Source: Ascidiella aspersa (lineage: Eukaryota). Taken from it: 64,000 nt of DNA. The stretch lies in the NCBI GenBank assembly GCA_963924565.1, contig OZ004607.1, positions 29,512,001 to 29,576,000 on the forward strand, in the 5' to 3' direction. Under the pieces are notes generated by a model, which worked only from the letters and a program-made list of their open reading frames with translations, did not search any database and was not told where the DNA came from. Both the position numbers and the translations under genes were made by a program. This document shows, in pieces, positions 37,901 to 50,040 of this stretch (its first letter is position 1; every line of letters starts with the position of its first letter).

Positions 37901-40900
37901 AAATTTAATTGTGTGAATCACAATGTAACGTTCCGAGTTTGCTTTGAAATAACAACTACATTGTTGTACATTCGCGATAAGCAGACGCACTCAAATGACC
38001 AATTGAAGGCGCCATAACATAGCATATTATGCGTCACTCATCATCAGCATACCTCGTTCGGCAGCTATACATCATGTTTGAAAATAATCTACACACTCTC
38101 TTGATTAGATATCAAAAAGCAAAAATGGCACCGCAGTGCGAAATTGCTCCGGGAGTTCGCAGCAGTTCGAATGAGCCACCCACCTCGGCTAGTGCTCTTC
38201 CGCCGTGACGTCACTGCCGAGTGAACGGCCTCCCCCAGTTTGGTGATTGAGACTTTGCGCAGCTTGCGTCGTCGAGTCGGGGTGCTGCCTTCTGCTGACG
38301 CCTTGCTAAGGTCGGGAGCCGAGCTGAATGCTGAACAATAGGAATATGTATTTACGGCACTGATTTTTCTGACACGCTTTCGTGTTTTGAAGAATCGTTA
38401 AGTTAAGTACAATAAGTTGTGTTATTACTATAGTCCAGTGGTTCTCAACCGGGGTGCCGCGGCACACTGCGGTGCCATTTCTAATGCCCAAGCGTGCCGA
38501 GGGATATTTAGGAATCTTTGAGAATCTGAATTTTGCTCAACTCTTACAACTTTTTGTGTGGGATTAGAGTTGAATAAATTTGATTAAAACTTCCTACGTT
38601 GTGCACAGTTGATGTGTGGTGTTCCAGTTCCCTTCATTGTGACATTCCAGTGATGTAACTACAGAGAAAGCTTTAAGTGTTGCCACAATCTGTTTATTAT
38701 ATCTGAGGGGTGCCGCAAGCCATAAAAGGTTGAGAACCACTGCTATAGTCATTTTAAATGGGCGATTTGTCTGCGTTTTGCTGGATTATTCATTATTTGC
38801 TTTGTGACAAGAAAACGACGATGCATTTCTTTGTCAGTCTATTTTGCTTTTACTGAACACTTGATGATTAAAAATGCGCTATTTGGTAAAATGTGTGCGC
38901 GAAAAAGTTCATTCTTGTAGTTAACGAAATCTACTGCGCCGTCTTGCTGCGTCCATGAATTAGACATCTAGCACAATCCGTACAGACAGCAGCAACGGCC
39001 ATTGGGCGAAGATTAATCTGACAGCGGACAGGTTGTCGTTCGTCGCTTGTGCAAACAACTGGCACCGCTGCGTCACAATATGCGGATTCGAGCATGTAAT
39101 CGCGATTTGTCACCCGCACTTCGCAAAGCGAGCGTCGCCAGGCATTTTCTTCACGGTGGTCGTTGGCAATATTGACGCAATTACCGACTTTTGACAAACG
39201 GCAAGCGTACAAAACTAACTTTTATCGAGCAATAGGCTATTTAACTAACATGTCAGTGTTTTTACTATAATTAAAATAAATTTATGAACTTTGAAAAGTA
39301 TAACGATGATTAGGTAGTGCGATATTAATTAGCCAACAGTTAATTTCTACAGGGCAGATTTCATAACAAAATTGCCACTAGCGACAGCAAGGGTTGTATG
39401 GAATTTTATTACGTCGCATATGTTGCTTAACGAGGCTGAAAATCGACACTTTGCAAAGGCACGAATTTGAGCACATCTCGCCCATAACATTAGAGTTGCT
39501 TCGTTGTGAAACGAGCAGGCGGAAAGACGCCCGCCAGCATTTGCCTTTCTCGATACACGAAGAAACAGATATTTGCTGTGTATTGATTGGCTATCGACCC
39601 TTTGCGGACACTTAAAAGAAAAGCAAACACAATGCAGAGGGTCGAGTCGTTAAAACTCCAGTTGTATCCATCTCACACACATCGTCGCGCGTTTCAATAT
39701 CGCGGTGTCAATTCTTCACCCGCGGCGCGCACCACATGACGTAACCATTTCCAGAGTGTGGGAAAGTGGAATTGGCCCCCTCCTCCCTTTTGGGCCTAGT
39801 CGCGCTCGCTATGGGCATGTTTTGGGCCAGTTAAAGTGGCCAGCTCAAAAAAGACACGGTTTCTATTTTCAACAAATTTGTTGTCAGTTTTAGGACATTA
39901 CCACGTTTGTACGACTTGAACTATTCTCTTCTGTATCCTTCCCGGCATTTTTTAGGAGTTTAAAACGACCTTTTCAAACAAAGCCTGGACTATTTTTCCA
40001 GCGTATTTCCGTTAAGTGTTTGTAAGACTAAAAGTCGCGAAGAAAAGGCGCCGGTTCCATTTAAAGAAGCCTTGTAAACTGGCTATTTATCTGCCCGGGA
40101 GTGTGAGAGAAACGCCTTTTCGCCGAAACCCACAAAAGCCGCTACTCGCGCTAATGCGGTCGCGTGTTGATGTCGAAATCGAAAATGTTTTCGCGTGACT
40201 TCCGCCTAACGATGTTCCTTGGGCGAGTGGGTGGCAATGTTCTGGCCATTGACCCAGCTATGTTGGTTTAACAAACAAGGTTTCGACCGTGAAACTGAAA
40301 GCAGCGAGTAGTTTCAAATCTGTGCAAACGGCTGGGAAACTACTTTTCCAGGTTTGCGATTCGGTTGCAACCTGGAGTACTTTATAAATAAATTAATTTT
40401 AATTGACTGGTGGTGTACGATAAATTAGGATCGCCATTAAGTATGAAATACAGCTGTGTGGCAGATCGTGAACACTTCGCTATGAGTAAATTATTAATAG
40501 CGAAACAGTTAAATTATAGCCATTAAAAAAACAAAACTGCACATCTTGTTTATTTGAAATATTATAGTTGTTATCTATTATCCAAAACGTAGCAATTCAT
40601 TCAGATTCGTATGGTTTCGAAACAGTTATCATAGGAGTACAACGCAAGATGAAATATCGTGCGACAACATTTGATGTAATTTTATATTTAAGCGGAAAGA
40701 GAAAGTGTTTTACACAGCTAACGTATAGATACACAAAAGGGCACTGTGCTATTTTAGTAATTATTTGCTTTTGTGGATTTCAATTCTCACCTTCGCTCGC
40801 GCCATGATCTCCCATGCTTCTCAGGTCCTCTTGGTCGAACTCAATTCTTTTAGTTTCTACTGTTCTTTTGGGAGATTCCTGAAAATATTACACAACGTTT

Positions 40901-43900
40901 CTTTAAAGAAAGTAAAACAAAAACGAAAAGAACGAACAAGTTGGCTTTATTGCTGTCTAGACTCAGTTTGATTTGTTGTGAAAGTATTTTAATTTGTAAT
41001 TTAATTTTGCAAAAAAATTTGCCTTTAAACATTGAACGTATTATCTAAATTGACGAGCTACCAAGACATATTTTTCGTTAACTATGTGCCATTCGATATA
41101 CCGTTTTCTGCGAAAAGTTTTGGCCAACACCGACCCTTCTCAAGCGCCAACAACACACATTGCCACACAATATGTGCGGGGCAATAAATTATTGTGACGA
41201 CGCGACAGCCACATCACAAAGCCTCAAGCGCGCCTCGCGGTAAGAAACAACAGGAGTCCTAGGGAATTAGGTTAGATATCGACTGAGGCGCCTATGTTAA
41301 ATCGATTGGCATAACACGACCATGATGTTTTAATTAATACGGGCGCGACATATTTTGCAATTAGCTTATTGACGCAATGCGATTTTGTTCGAAACGACAT
41401 GTAAATGACCTGAAGACACAAAATAACCCACGTGGTGTTGGTGTTTTCAAAAACACGAAATTTCTACGACTCGTGTGGCTGTGCGACATTTATTACCCAA
41501 CGTTAGATCGAAGCACTTCTTATTCAGATTTAATTTGAATAACAGTTTGGTCAAGGCGCGCACTCTTAAATTGCGACAATCGTGCCGAATGATAGCGCTC
41601 GTGTAGTTGTTGTCGCAATTTTATATCAATATAGGGCTTTAAAGAACAAATAGACGAAAAACAACGAAGTTTACGCGTCCAACAACTCGTTTAAAGGCAT
41701 TGGCGGCTCAGCAGACGCTTGATCAATTGCCCCGGCACCTAACTCTGCACAACCAGTCGAATTCTAAAAAATCATGCGCAACATTTCGATTGCAATCTCG
41801 CTAGTTCACCTGTCGTTGCGGGTTCGCGCGCGTCACCGAACGCAGTTGTTCGACACGAGTTTTATTCACAGCGGCGCAGTTTCTACGTGTACACACCTGG
41901 TGTGCGATGTGCTGATACAAGGGAGGCGCGATATGTGGCGCAGATTTGCTTTGTCGAGGTTATACGGGGCCCGACGCGCAATACATTTACAAGCCTGTCC
42001 GACTACTGATTGCGCAATGAATAGAGACGACTACTTTTATGATGTGGCCTTTTTGTCCTCTATACCAGGGGTGAAAGTAAAACAAAAAAAATTTTAAAAT
42101 TTCATAAATGACATCAAAAAGTCATAACTGGACGTCTAATAAACCAAACCTTAGGAAACTCGACGTTATCGTTTTATGTTGTTCGCAAATGTTTAATTAA
42201 AATTTTGGTAAATGACATGACTGAGTGGCAAATAAATAAAAAAAAGAACGGTAGAAAAAAAACATTTATCGTGTAGCGGCCTACCTATAAAATTGATTTG
42301 ACCTGGACGCTTTTTCCGACCGTTTCGGCTTACTTTAACCACTGCTGTAGTGCTCTCTCTACTTAGAGGTTGTTTCCACGGATACTTTCAATATATGAAG
42401 TATATACCTCGAAATATGAAAGCTCAGAGTTTTCAACTTGAGTTTTATGCTGCTTTATACACCCTGATCGTTTAGTATTCTTTTACCCCTAGGTCAGTTC
42501 GTAATTTCACCCCTTTGGCGTTCAACGGACGCTTGAAGCACCCGGCTTGATTTTGTCCAACAAATTATCACACCGTTTCCCACCACTTTGTTCATTTTCG
42601 CACCGCTCCATACAAGCGGGATCGGTGAACACAGATCGGACTCTCTGAAGCGGCCGTGCGAATTGGCCTTTCTCGCCTCATAGAAGTGCACCTCCGCTCG
42701 GTCGCGGCCATAGATTCTCGCTCGCCACGATTTTAGAATCCCAGTGGATCGGGTTAGATTTATTGATACACCCTTCACGAAAACGGCGTTCCATTGACCG
42801 CAAAGCGAACCAGTTCAACCAAGCAATAACATAAACAGCGATTCGGTTTTTGTGCGATATTGCTTCCTGCTTTGCGGCGATCGGAAATTTCGTTTTGATA
42901 TTGCGCGGCGAGTGCGGCGGAACGGGTTTGATTTCTCGCCGGCGGGATTTTTACGACCGAAAATCAGCTGACGCGCGTTACGGCGCATTAATTTTACAGG
43001 ATGTAAAAGGGACCAATAGTTGCTAAGTAGTTAGTCAGAATACACTGCAAGTCATCTAATTTTCGTAAAACTATAACATCGCTCAAGTCACACCTAAAAG
43101 TTAATCTACAAAAAGATGGTATTGTGACGTCATAATTGTGCCACGTCAATGTGATGTGATGACGTCAATGTGATGACGTCACACTTTATGCAAACACTCG
43201 CGCCTCAGTGCGCACCTTGATGGTTATAATGCACATTGACTGCCGGAACTACCACAGCGGCCTAACTTCCACCTTTCACGCAACGCACAAAGCCCTGCAA
43301 CTGAGAGCTCAAGCAGACAACAACAGCCATTACCGCCCCCGATGCGGGGACTTAAGCACTGGCTAATACGCGCGTGGTACGCTGCCACTTGCGCCCTATA
43401 ATCCCACCAGCACACTTCAGGCTTTTCCCAGGCACAGGACTCCAGCCAGGATATCCACTGGCGGAAGACGCGCATCCGAGAACCTGAGAGACGCTATAGT
43501 CGGCTCGAGCGTAGGCGCAAAGCCGCCCGACGAACGACTTGAAACTGGTTTTCGGGCGGCGCGGGCGACAATTAAGGGGCGCAGCGGTAATCGGCCGGAT
43601 CAGCCGGGATTAACGCTGGGCGACAAGCGGCCATTTAGTTAGAAGTTTGACAATAGAACGCGATGGGCGAAATCCGACGCTCAGCACCTGGGAGAACGAT
43701 TGAATATAACAACAAGAGCAAGTCAGAAAAATAAAATTTCCTTAATTCACGTGTGTATTGCTAATTGCTGCTGAATACACACCGCATTTTATCAACTAAA
43801 AACTGGGTTAACTCCTGGTGGTTTTGAACTTTGGCGAAGCAATTTATAGTTGTCGAAACTCATGTTTAACTGCTTGAAGAGCAGAAACGACATGACGGAG

Positions 43901-45650
43901 AAACTGTTATTTTAAACTGACTGTCTTGTGTACAGCACCGAAACAAAACTAACACAACAAATTTGTTTCTTATTGCGCAACCTATTAAGCCTTTATCAGC
44001 GAATACGGAAAGCTAGAACCCTGTTAATTACTTTTGCTTAAGAAGATCAGGCTAAAAGCCATTAGCGACATCTGGAATCACCCTAATCAGCTAAACTTGT
44101 CTATATCTGGGCCCAACATTAATGACAGGACGACGTTCTTTAACTGACAGCTCTAAGAAATGCATGACGTAACGTTTGGAAGGAATGTCTTGGCGTAGGT
44201 GCAGATGAGGCATGTAAGTCGAGTTTTTCTTGGCGAGTGGGCACTGCTGCTACAAAAACAACAGACCCATAACAATTCCACATGCTTGGCCGGGCACGAA
44301 ATGCCTGTAATCTCTGACCGAATGTCTTTGCTACCTTCTGCTCATCAATCTAACGTTACGTTACCACTTGTCCGCTCAGTAAATTAAATCGTTGTTTTTT
44401 GTAGCTTCTCAAATTTAGGAAATGTTTTACTAGAAGCTTCTATTATACACATTGTTGCTGTTTTAATATTCATATTGGGTCTTTATAGAAACAAATCAAG
44501 ACGGGAAAAAAGACGGCTGTTTTTAAAGTGTCCAGGTGACCGACCCGCCGTTACATTTTTGCGGATCTGCTCTATCGACTTCTACAAACAACTGCAGATA
44601 ATCCGGGTCAAGCGTTCTCGTCTCTCAAAGAGCTCTTAAACCGCCCTGACGTAAACTGACGGACCTTTAAGTTGTGATTGCTTATTTCAATTAACCTCTC
44701 AGACGCTTTTATGAATTGCCGGAAAAGCGTTTTGCATTTATTCGAAGAATCAATATAAATCATTATTTGACGTATGAAGCTCGCAAATAAAATTGTACAA
44801 GGAAAAAAAAACAAGTACAACTGTCTTTCAATCTCATCCTAAGCCCTATCACGAGAACCTTATATTTCCAATCACGACTTTGCTCTTTTAAATCGTCTGT
44901 AAGATGCAACGGAGTCTTAACAGCTTAGGCCAAACAACGGAACACGGTCCTCTATTTTCTTATCGCCACCGTCGATACTTAGCAAACATTGGTTTTCTGG
45001 ATAAAAATATATATGTTTGTTAACAGGGCCGTGACGTACGGCAGGTAGCAGCGGACCAACGCAGACCCAACACCGAGCACTGCCTGTCCTTTCAAGCAAC
45101 CAAACGACCTATCTAGCTATGAATAAATGATAGCGAATTACGAGGCGCTCTGTGACACTACACGATGTGCATGTCCCAGCTGACCTGCATTGCCGCTGAC
45201 CGACACCGCGTTAAACTTCGATTCAGGTTCTGTTTTGCGCGAATGCTGAAAGCTATGATGCCGGTTGTACAGCGTGGACTCGAATAGCATCGCTCTGGTT
45301 CTGCGCATGCATATATATAATTAACTGTTCAACCACACAACACAATATATCCAACATACACACGCAGTCTCGCACGCATATACACTTTTTGCAATAATTT
45401 ACAACTCTACATACCGCTGTGGTTCCGTTGGCGTGAAAGCTAGGTACCTTGTTCAAATCATCGCGACAACCTGCGGATAAAAACATACTCCTTTGATTTT
45501 CCGTTTTTTTGCCGCAAGCATCGAAACTAAACCAACTCTAGCAAACTTACTGATGGGTCCTTGCTGACTTGTTTCCGGCTTGTTTATGCTGGCAAAGGTC
45601 TCCCGAAAGCTCTCGTACGACAATTCGTTTTCCTCGATAATCGCCTTCAT
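25908..45650 (-). CDS. PH-domain protein (CNK/IPCEF1-like PH) with coiled-coil region, ~767 aa, 13 coding exons
   Basis: Exons (minus strand): 45650-45551, 44249-44149 (tentative), 40878-40791, 38330-38184, 37403-37100, 32298-32145, 31803-31700, 30096-29976, 29434-29142, 28605-28425, 27616-27374, 26818-26393, 25949-25908; phases all compatible. PH domain: RIPATRLETAAHRGYLDCSKKKKKNWERFWCVLQDSCLYCY...LRGYDV...RFVFRLQQKGVPTLHFASDNHRDFLLWVGTIEKE. Confidence 0.85.
26393..26818 (-). CDS. PH gene exon (disordered region)
   Basis: cacag|ETNGVLEY...ISADILAKIE|gtaatt. Confidence 0.88.
27374..27616 (-). CDS. PH gene exon
   Basis: ttcag|HNLEKLQQKRDLE...SNSSVS|gtaagt. Confidence 0.88.
28425..28605 (-). 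CDS. PH gene exon (coiled coil)
   Basis: aacag|RRNSAQLKVDQ...EEEANKL|gtgagt; phase 2->0. Confidence 0.87.
29142..29434 (-). CDS. PH gene exon (coiled coil)
   Basis: ttgtag|HAVSQDKLDRELAEMQKRKLLRE...KFLTFLN(R)|gttcgt; phase 0->2. Confidence 0.85.
29976..30096 (-). CDS. PH gene exon
   Basis: tacag|NEPETLEIPLK...QKQSAE|gtaagc; phase 2->0. Confidence 0.82.
31700..31803 (-). CDS. PH gene exon (PH C-terminal helix)
   Basis: ttccag|GVPTLHFASDNHRDFLLWVGTIEKE...|gtgagt; invariant PH Trp. Confidence 0.92.
32145..32298 (-). CDS. PH gene exon (PH core)
   Basis: tttcag|FWCVLQDSCLYCYN...FVFRLQQK|gtagac; missed by the ORF track. Confidence 0.92.
33675..33810 (+). repeat. dispersed ~135-bp repeat, copy 1
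   Basis: Similar to 37718-37852 (ggaact.acgatgc.agt.taggcgaaatatata). Confidence 0.7.
35990..36059. repeat. 33-bp tandem duplication
   Basis: cccctatctccattgtaagcggctgcgg x2 plus a partial ctatctcca. Confidence 0.9.
37100..37403 (-). CDS. PH gene exon (Ser-rich region and PH start)
   Basis: ttccag|DIRSSDIFG...HRGYLDCSKKKKKNWE(R)|gtaaga. Confidence 0.88.
37465..37524 (+). repeat. dispersed repeat fragment, shared with 9499-9558
   Basis: Same ~60-bp sequence as in the connexin intron. Confidence 0.7.
37718..37852 (+). repeat. dispersed ~135-bp repeat, copy 2
   Basis: Similar to 33675-33810. Confidence 0.7.
38184..38330 (-). CDS. PH gene exon
   Basis: ttcag|FSSAPDLSK...RRRKLRKVSITKLGE...KSTSR|gtgggt; phase 1->1. 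Confidence 0.75.
38436..38742 (+). mobile_element. hAT MITE family B, copy 1 (intact)
   Basis: Perfect 15-bp TIR cagtggttctcaacc / ggttgagaaccactg and perfect 8-bp TSD ctatagtc. Confidence 0.93.
40791..40878 (-). CDS. PH gene exon
   Basis: ttttcag|ESPKRTVETKRIEFDQEDLRSMGDHGASE|gtgaga; phase 0->1. Confidence 0.65.
42066..42344 (+). mobile_element. decayed hAT-type MITE
   Basis: TIRs caggggtgaaagta / tactttaaccactg (12/14 match); TSD degenerate. Confidence 0.55.
44149..44249 (-). CDS. PH gene tentative exon 2
   Basis: ttttgtag|(T)AVPTRQEKLDLHASSAPTPRHSFQTLRHAFLRA|gtcagt; supplies the phase 1->0 bridge to the 40878 exon. Confidence 0.45.
45551..45650 (-). CDS. PH gene first coding exon
   Basis: MKAIIEENELSYESFRETFASINKPETSQQGPI|gtaagt (phase 1); upstream acceptor ttacag at 45766. 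Confidence 0.7.
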
Positions 45651-46318
45651 GTCGATAAAATTACTTGCGACTCTTGTAGAGAACTTGGCACATGCCACCG
45701 TCCCGGAAAAAGAATATCCACTGAACTTTACACTACACAGCACACATCCCTACAGCGACGTCGCTCTGTAACTAAGAGCAGAAAAAGCATTAGGACCTTT
45801 TGCTAGTCTTGTTAACAAGCAGTCTTACAACGGCGCGGATAAGCAGAAACAGCAGCAGTGGCTTCTGACGAATCTCGTGCCTTCGCCCAAATCCGTCTGG
45901 CTCGACTGCGCGAACGAAAAGAAGTGTCGGCTCTTGGCAGTCAAACTCCGCTCTATCTCTCTCGTTCTATTTCGGCGGAAGCGATGACCGCAACGGCGGT
46001 CAGCGATTCTTTAGAGCTACTGGACATTGGAAACGCACTGAAAACTTCTACAGTTACGCTGCTGGTTGCAATTCAAGCGGATTCGAATCGCACCTGTGCA
46101 TATCTGGCGCGCATTCGAGCGTTCCAAGCTAGCTTTTGCAGCCGGTTACGCGCGCGAGAGGCGACCCTTTGGTTTTCGCTTCTCTTTTCCAGCGCTGTAT
46201 AACCGTTTTGCGCTACGCTTCAAAACCATTTTTTCAGTCGCTCCGGAAAACCGGCTATTGGCCAAACGACTGGCTTCGCCCCCCTCGACGACAAAAAGCG
46301 AAACAACAAGTCACTCAC

Positions 46319-46480
46319 CGTTTCTGGCCTGCTTCCGCGCGGCTCTGCGGTTTTCCTCGACGCTAGTTGCAATGCAAACACGCAGCAGACTGACGAGTGG
46401 TGTCTGTTTAGTCTTTTCCCGCCTGATTACCGACTCGTCCATACAAACACGGAAGCTACCGAGCGAGTGAGCAAAAGAGT
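46319..46480 (-). other. putative non-coding first exon / promoter of the PH gene
   Basis: CpG-rich block ending in consensus donor cg|gtgagt at 46319/46318; matching acceptor at 45766; 5' boundary approximate. Confidence 0.5.
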
Positions 46481-49187
46481 TTCAGATTTGGATCTAAATC
46501 GGGACGAAAACACGCTCGGATTTCAAGTTAGAGTTGCAATAATGGATAGCGGTTAATAAAAATTAGCAAGCTTTGTAGTTTCGAAGCATTAGTTTGCCTG
46601 CTGATTTCAATTCCAACAGTTGCCTTTTCCACTAACATACCTTTAACTTAAAGGAAAATAAAATTGATTTACTTTCAATCAATAGCAACTCAATTCGAAC
46701 ATTTTTAATTCGAGGCTAATCATAGGCTGGCGATAATAAATAGTTTTTGAAAATTCAATTTGGTTGTTTTCAAAAAACTAAAATAATCTACTCAATAGGA
46801 AATGAATCACGTTATCGTTATAAGCAAACAAATCGCTAGAATCGATGAGAAATCATCCCAATAAATCACCACAACCATTTCAGAATGGCCTCAATGCAAT
46901 CTGTTTTAATATAAGCATATACGATTTCCTAATTACCATTTTAACCACATAAACTATGTATACTGTTTGCGTATGCATAATGATCTAGCCTTTATAAATC
47001 AGAAGGACACATATTTAAATCTTGCTTGGTAGAGAGCTATCAGTCAAAATATTTCAAATCGATTGATTGCCAATAAAAGCGATTCATTTCCCTGCTACAA
47101 TGGAAACTCCGAAATAGCAACCACGTCGCCTAATAACATGCACAAGCAGCGGCCCGCATATAGCCGCCTGCTGCGAAGGCCGGTCGTAAAATGCCCGTTT
47201 CTGTGCGACTGCCCATTGCGAGGCGACGGCCAATTTGCATTCGCCCCTTGTCAAGCGGCGGCCTTGTGCATTTGAAGTCGGCCTGTCAAAATCTGGCACA
47301 CAGCCTCGGCTGCAAATTCGTCCATGCAGTAGTTTGCAGGCGGATCATCGCCACTGCCACACAAAAGCAGTTTTGTTCTAGAATGTTTCCATTGTCGATT
47401 GTGCCAGGCGGTCGTTTGATGCGCTTGACGACTATTTGCCCGGTTTTGCGTTCACTAAGACAGCGCCTGGCCGCCAAGCAGAGCTGGCCAAATATATAAA
47501 CAGCGATCTTGAAAATCGGTTGGTACGGAACTTGTTTATATGCGGCTTTGTAATCTATCACGCTTTAAAGAGGGAAATGACTTTACTTCAGTTGACAGAC
47601 GCCTTGAACCTTTTAATTGGATAACATACTGTATTCTCCATTGCGGCGAACAAAAGAAAAGAGGGATTTCTTCTGTTTGGCTTTCTGTTTAAACAAAACC
47701 CAAAGACGAAATTACATTGGATTAGCAATGGTTTAACCGTTGGGCGAAGTCTTTGGGTTGGTAAACCAATATTAACTGTTTAAAATATAATTATTTGGTC
47801 GTTTTATATTAAAAAGTACTTCCAGCCAGCAAAGACTACACAAGATTACGTTACTTGAGGATTTGCGATTCAGATCGGCGTTTTTTTATCACTTTAATCA
47901 TTTCAAACCTACATGGTCGTAAAAATTGTAAGAGTTAGCAGCTAACAGCATTTAAGTCAAACAACACTAGGCTAAACACTAATGGTGTTTAAAAGTGGTT
48001 AAACAATTCTCCAAACCATTGCGTTTTCATGAATAAGTTGGTTAGCGATGATGCACCTAAACTAAAAACAAGATTAAGATGAGCTAAATCATAAACTGCT
48101 ACTCGTTTTGCAAATAAACTGTTTTTGATAAAGAGTGAAGCGTATTTGGGTAGAGCAAACAAAATGAGTACAACTTCATGTAGGAAGCAAACTAAATAAA
48201 CAAGGTGACTAAATGATTGGAATAGCTACACGACACGGTTCAAGCGCGCTATATCTAGCCTTAGCATGTTTATCTCGCAATTTCTTATAAAAGGTGAACT
48301 GTCCTAAGTAAGTTCAGCCTCCAAACACTGGTCACCTTCTACTTTCTGTAATCCCAAATTTCTGCGCTTTTGCTCCGTCCTGCGCCAAAAGGCTTGGAAA
48401 GGTTGTAAACTAATTACAGTTTTAAAGGGATTTGCGTTAAAAATATACAAAGCAAGCTTTTGTTCGAAATATAATACCAAAATAAATAGCAAATTTTAGT
48501 TACACAGTAACTCAAGGTATTACACAACAAAGATCATTGGCAATAAAATATTCTGATTTCTTACCGTTTGGGTTTAAATAGTTTTACGAATTTTGTTAAC
48601 ACATTGTCTGTTTTATCAAACCTTTGTCTGTAGGTCAATTAGAATAACTTGGAATTATCTCCTACGAATAACTTCTTTAAAATAAATCCTGCGAAATTGC
48701 ATCATTTGGTACTTAACATATCAGAACCTATATAAAGTGAAACACATCGTTGTTGATTGCGCAAGAGCTGTGTTAAAAATACTGCGTGACTCAACAGCTG
48801 TGATCTGTTTCGCTATTCAGGTTATTAATTATAGTGCGTGAAATAGTTCTAGAATATCCTATCTAGTAGTTCGATGGTAAACAATGCACAGCAAATGCAG
48901 TCTGTTTTTTAATAACGCTTTTACTATGGCGTACGCAATTGTCTTCGCCGATCTTTTTCCGAATGAAAACTATTTTATGCATTCCTCACATCCCGAACTT
49001 CGCTTTGCGGTTAAACTTTGTTTACTCAAACAGTCTAATGTGCAAATTTGATTAGTAGAAGGTAATACGACCCGCTTATGCTCTAAAGTTAGTATATATT
49101 TATAAATGATTCTCCGCACAGTTTGAGTCTTCTGCTCGTTTACAACAAACTCAATATTTTGCTAAAGTAGTGATAAACTGAAGATAA

Positions 49188-49250
49188 CCAATATAAATCG
49201 TTATGAGTTAACAAGTGCATCCAATATAAATCGTTATGAGTTAACAAGTG
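49188..49250. repeat. 33-bp-period tandem duplication
   Basis: ccaatataaatcgttatgagttaacaagtg x2, exact. Confidence 0.9.
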
Positions 49251-49504
49251 AAGTACAACTGGAGCCCGAAAAGTAAAAAATACTAGTAGTTTTAATTAGT
49301 GCCAGTGAGATGTTTATCTTTCAATCGGAAAATTTATGTAAACAAAGGGTGATTTTGTGACTCTCTATGTTTGCGATTCGTTTGTTTATATGAGCGTAAC
49401 ATATTTTCAGTAGCTTTCGGTTTAATAAGGGGTTAAAACACGCGGCTCTTACATTCAGGTAGCATTTGAGTTTCGATATTTAGTAAAAAAAATTCTCGTT
49501 TGAC

Positions 49505-49546
49505 TTCCCAATATGTCTTAGCAAGTTTCCCAATATGTCTTAGCAA
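49505..49546. repeat. 22-bp-period tandem duplication
   Basis: ttcccaatatgtcttagcaa x2. Confidence 0.85.
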
Positions 49547-49617
49547 AAATCCTCATGGAATTAATACTCTGCATTTTTCGTTGCATATTTCCGAACGAGA
49601 CTTATGATAGGCAATGG

Positions 49618-50040
49618 CAGGGGTGGACAAACTGCGGCTCGCGAGCCACATGCGGCTCTCCAGCAGGTTTTTTGTGGCTCTTCTAGTCGAATCGTAAAAT
49701 TCCCCCAAAAATGTAAAGGCTACCAAGAGTACCGTTTATGAACGTTTCTCTCTTTTTAATCTGAAGAAGTTAGTTAACTGCAAGTCAACGCTATTTCATT
49801 GCTAAGGTTTCAGATATTAGCAAATCAAACAAAAGACTGATATTCATAAATATTTTGGGTGTTATTTTGTTATTACCGTTATTATTATTGTGCTAATTAT
49901 TACCGTTTTGTTATATTACAATTCTGGTATTATTGCTGAACTTCATTATTTACCTTTTTTGTATTGAAATAATTTTGAGGCTCTCTGGTAATTGTATTTT
50001 CTGCAAATGACTCTTCCATTGAATACAGAGCCCACCCCTG
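49618..50040 (+). mobile_element. hAT MITE family C
   Basis: TIRs caggggtggac / gcccacccctg; subterminal ggctcgcgagcc palindrome; flanks ggcaatgg / ggctagag; a further right-end fragment (ggccacccctg) near 50200-50211. Confidence 0.75.

Noticed and set aside
43330-43480. Faint 7SL/Alu-like words (cgcgtggt...ctataatccca)
   Set aside because: Similarity is limited to a few short words; no SRP S-domain features or Pol III terminator
45858-46470. 114- and 134-aa + strand ORFs
   Set aside because: Antisense to the PH gene 5' region; non-ATG starts; no domains
48304-48420. Possible retroelement protein relics (also 50245-50326)
   Set aside because: Peptides are too short and lack diagnostic RT or integrase motifs
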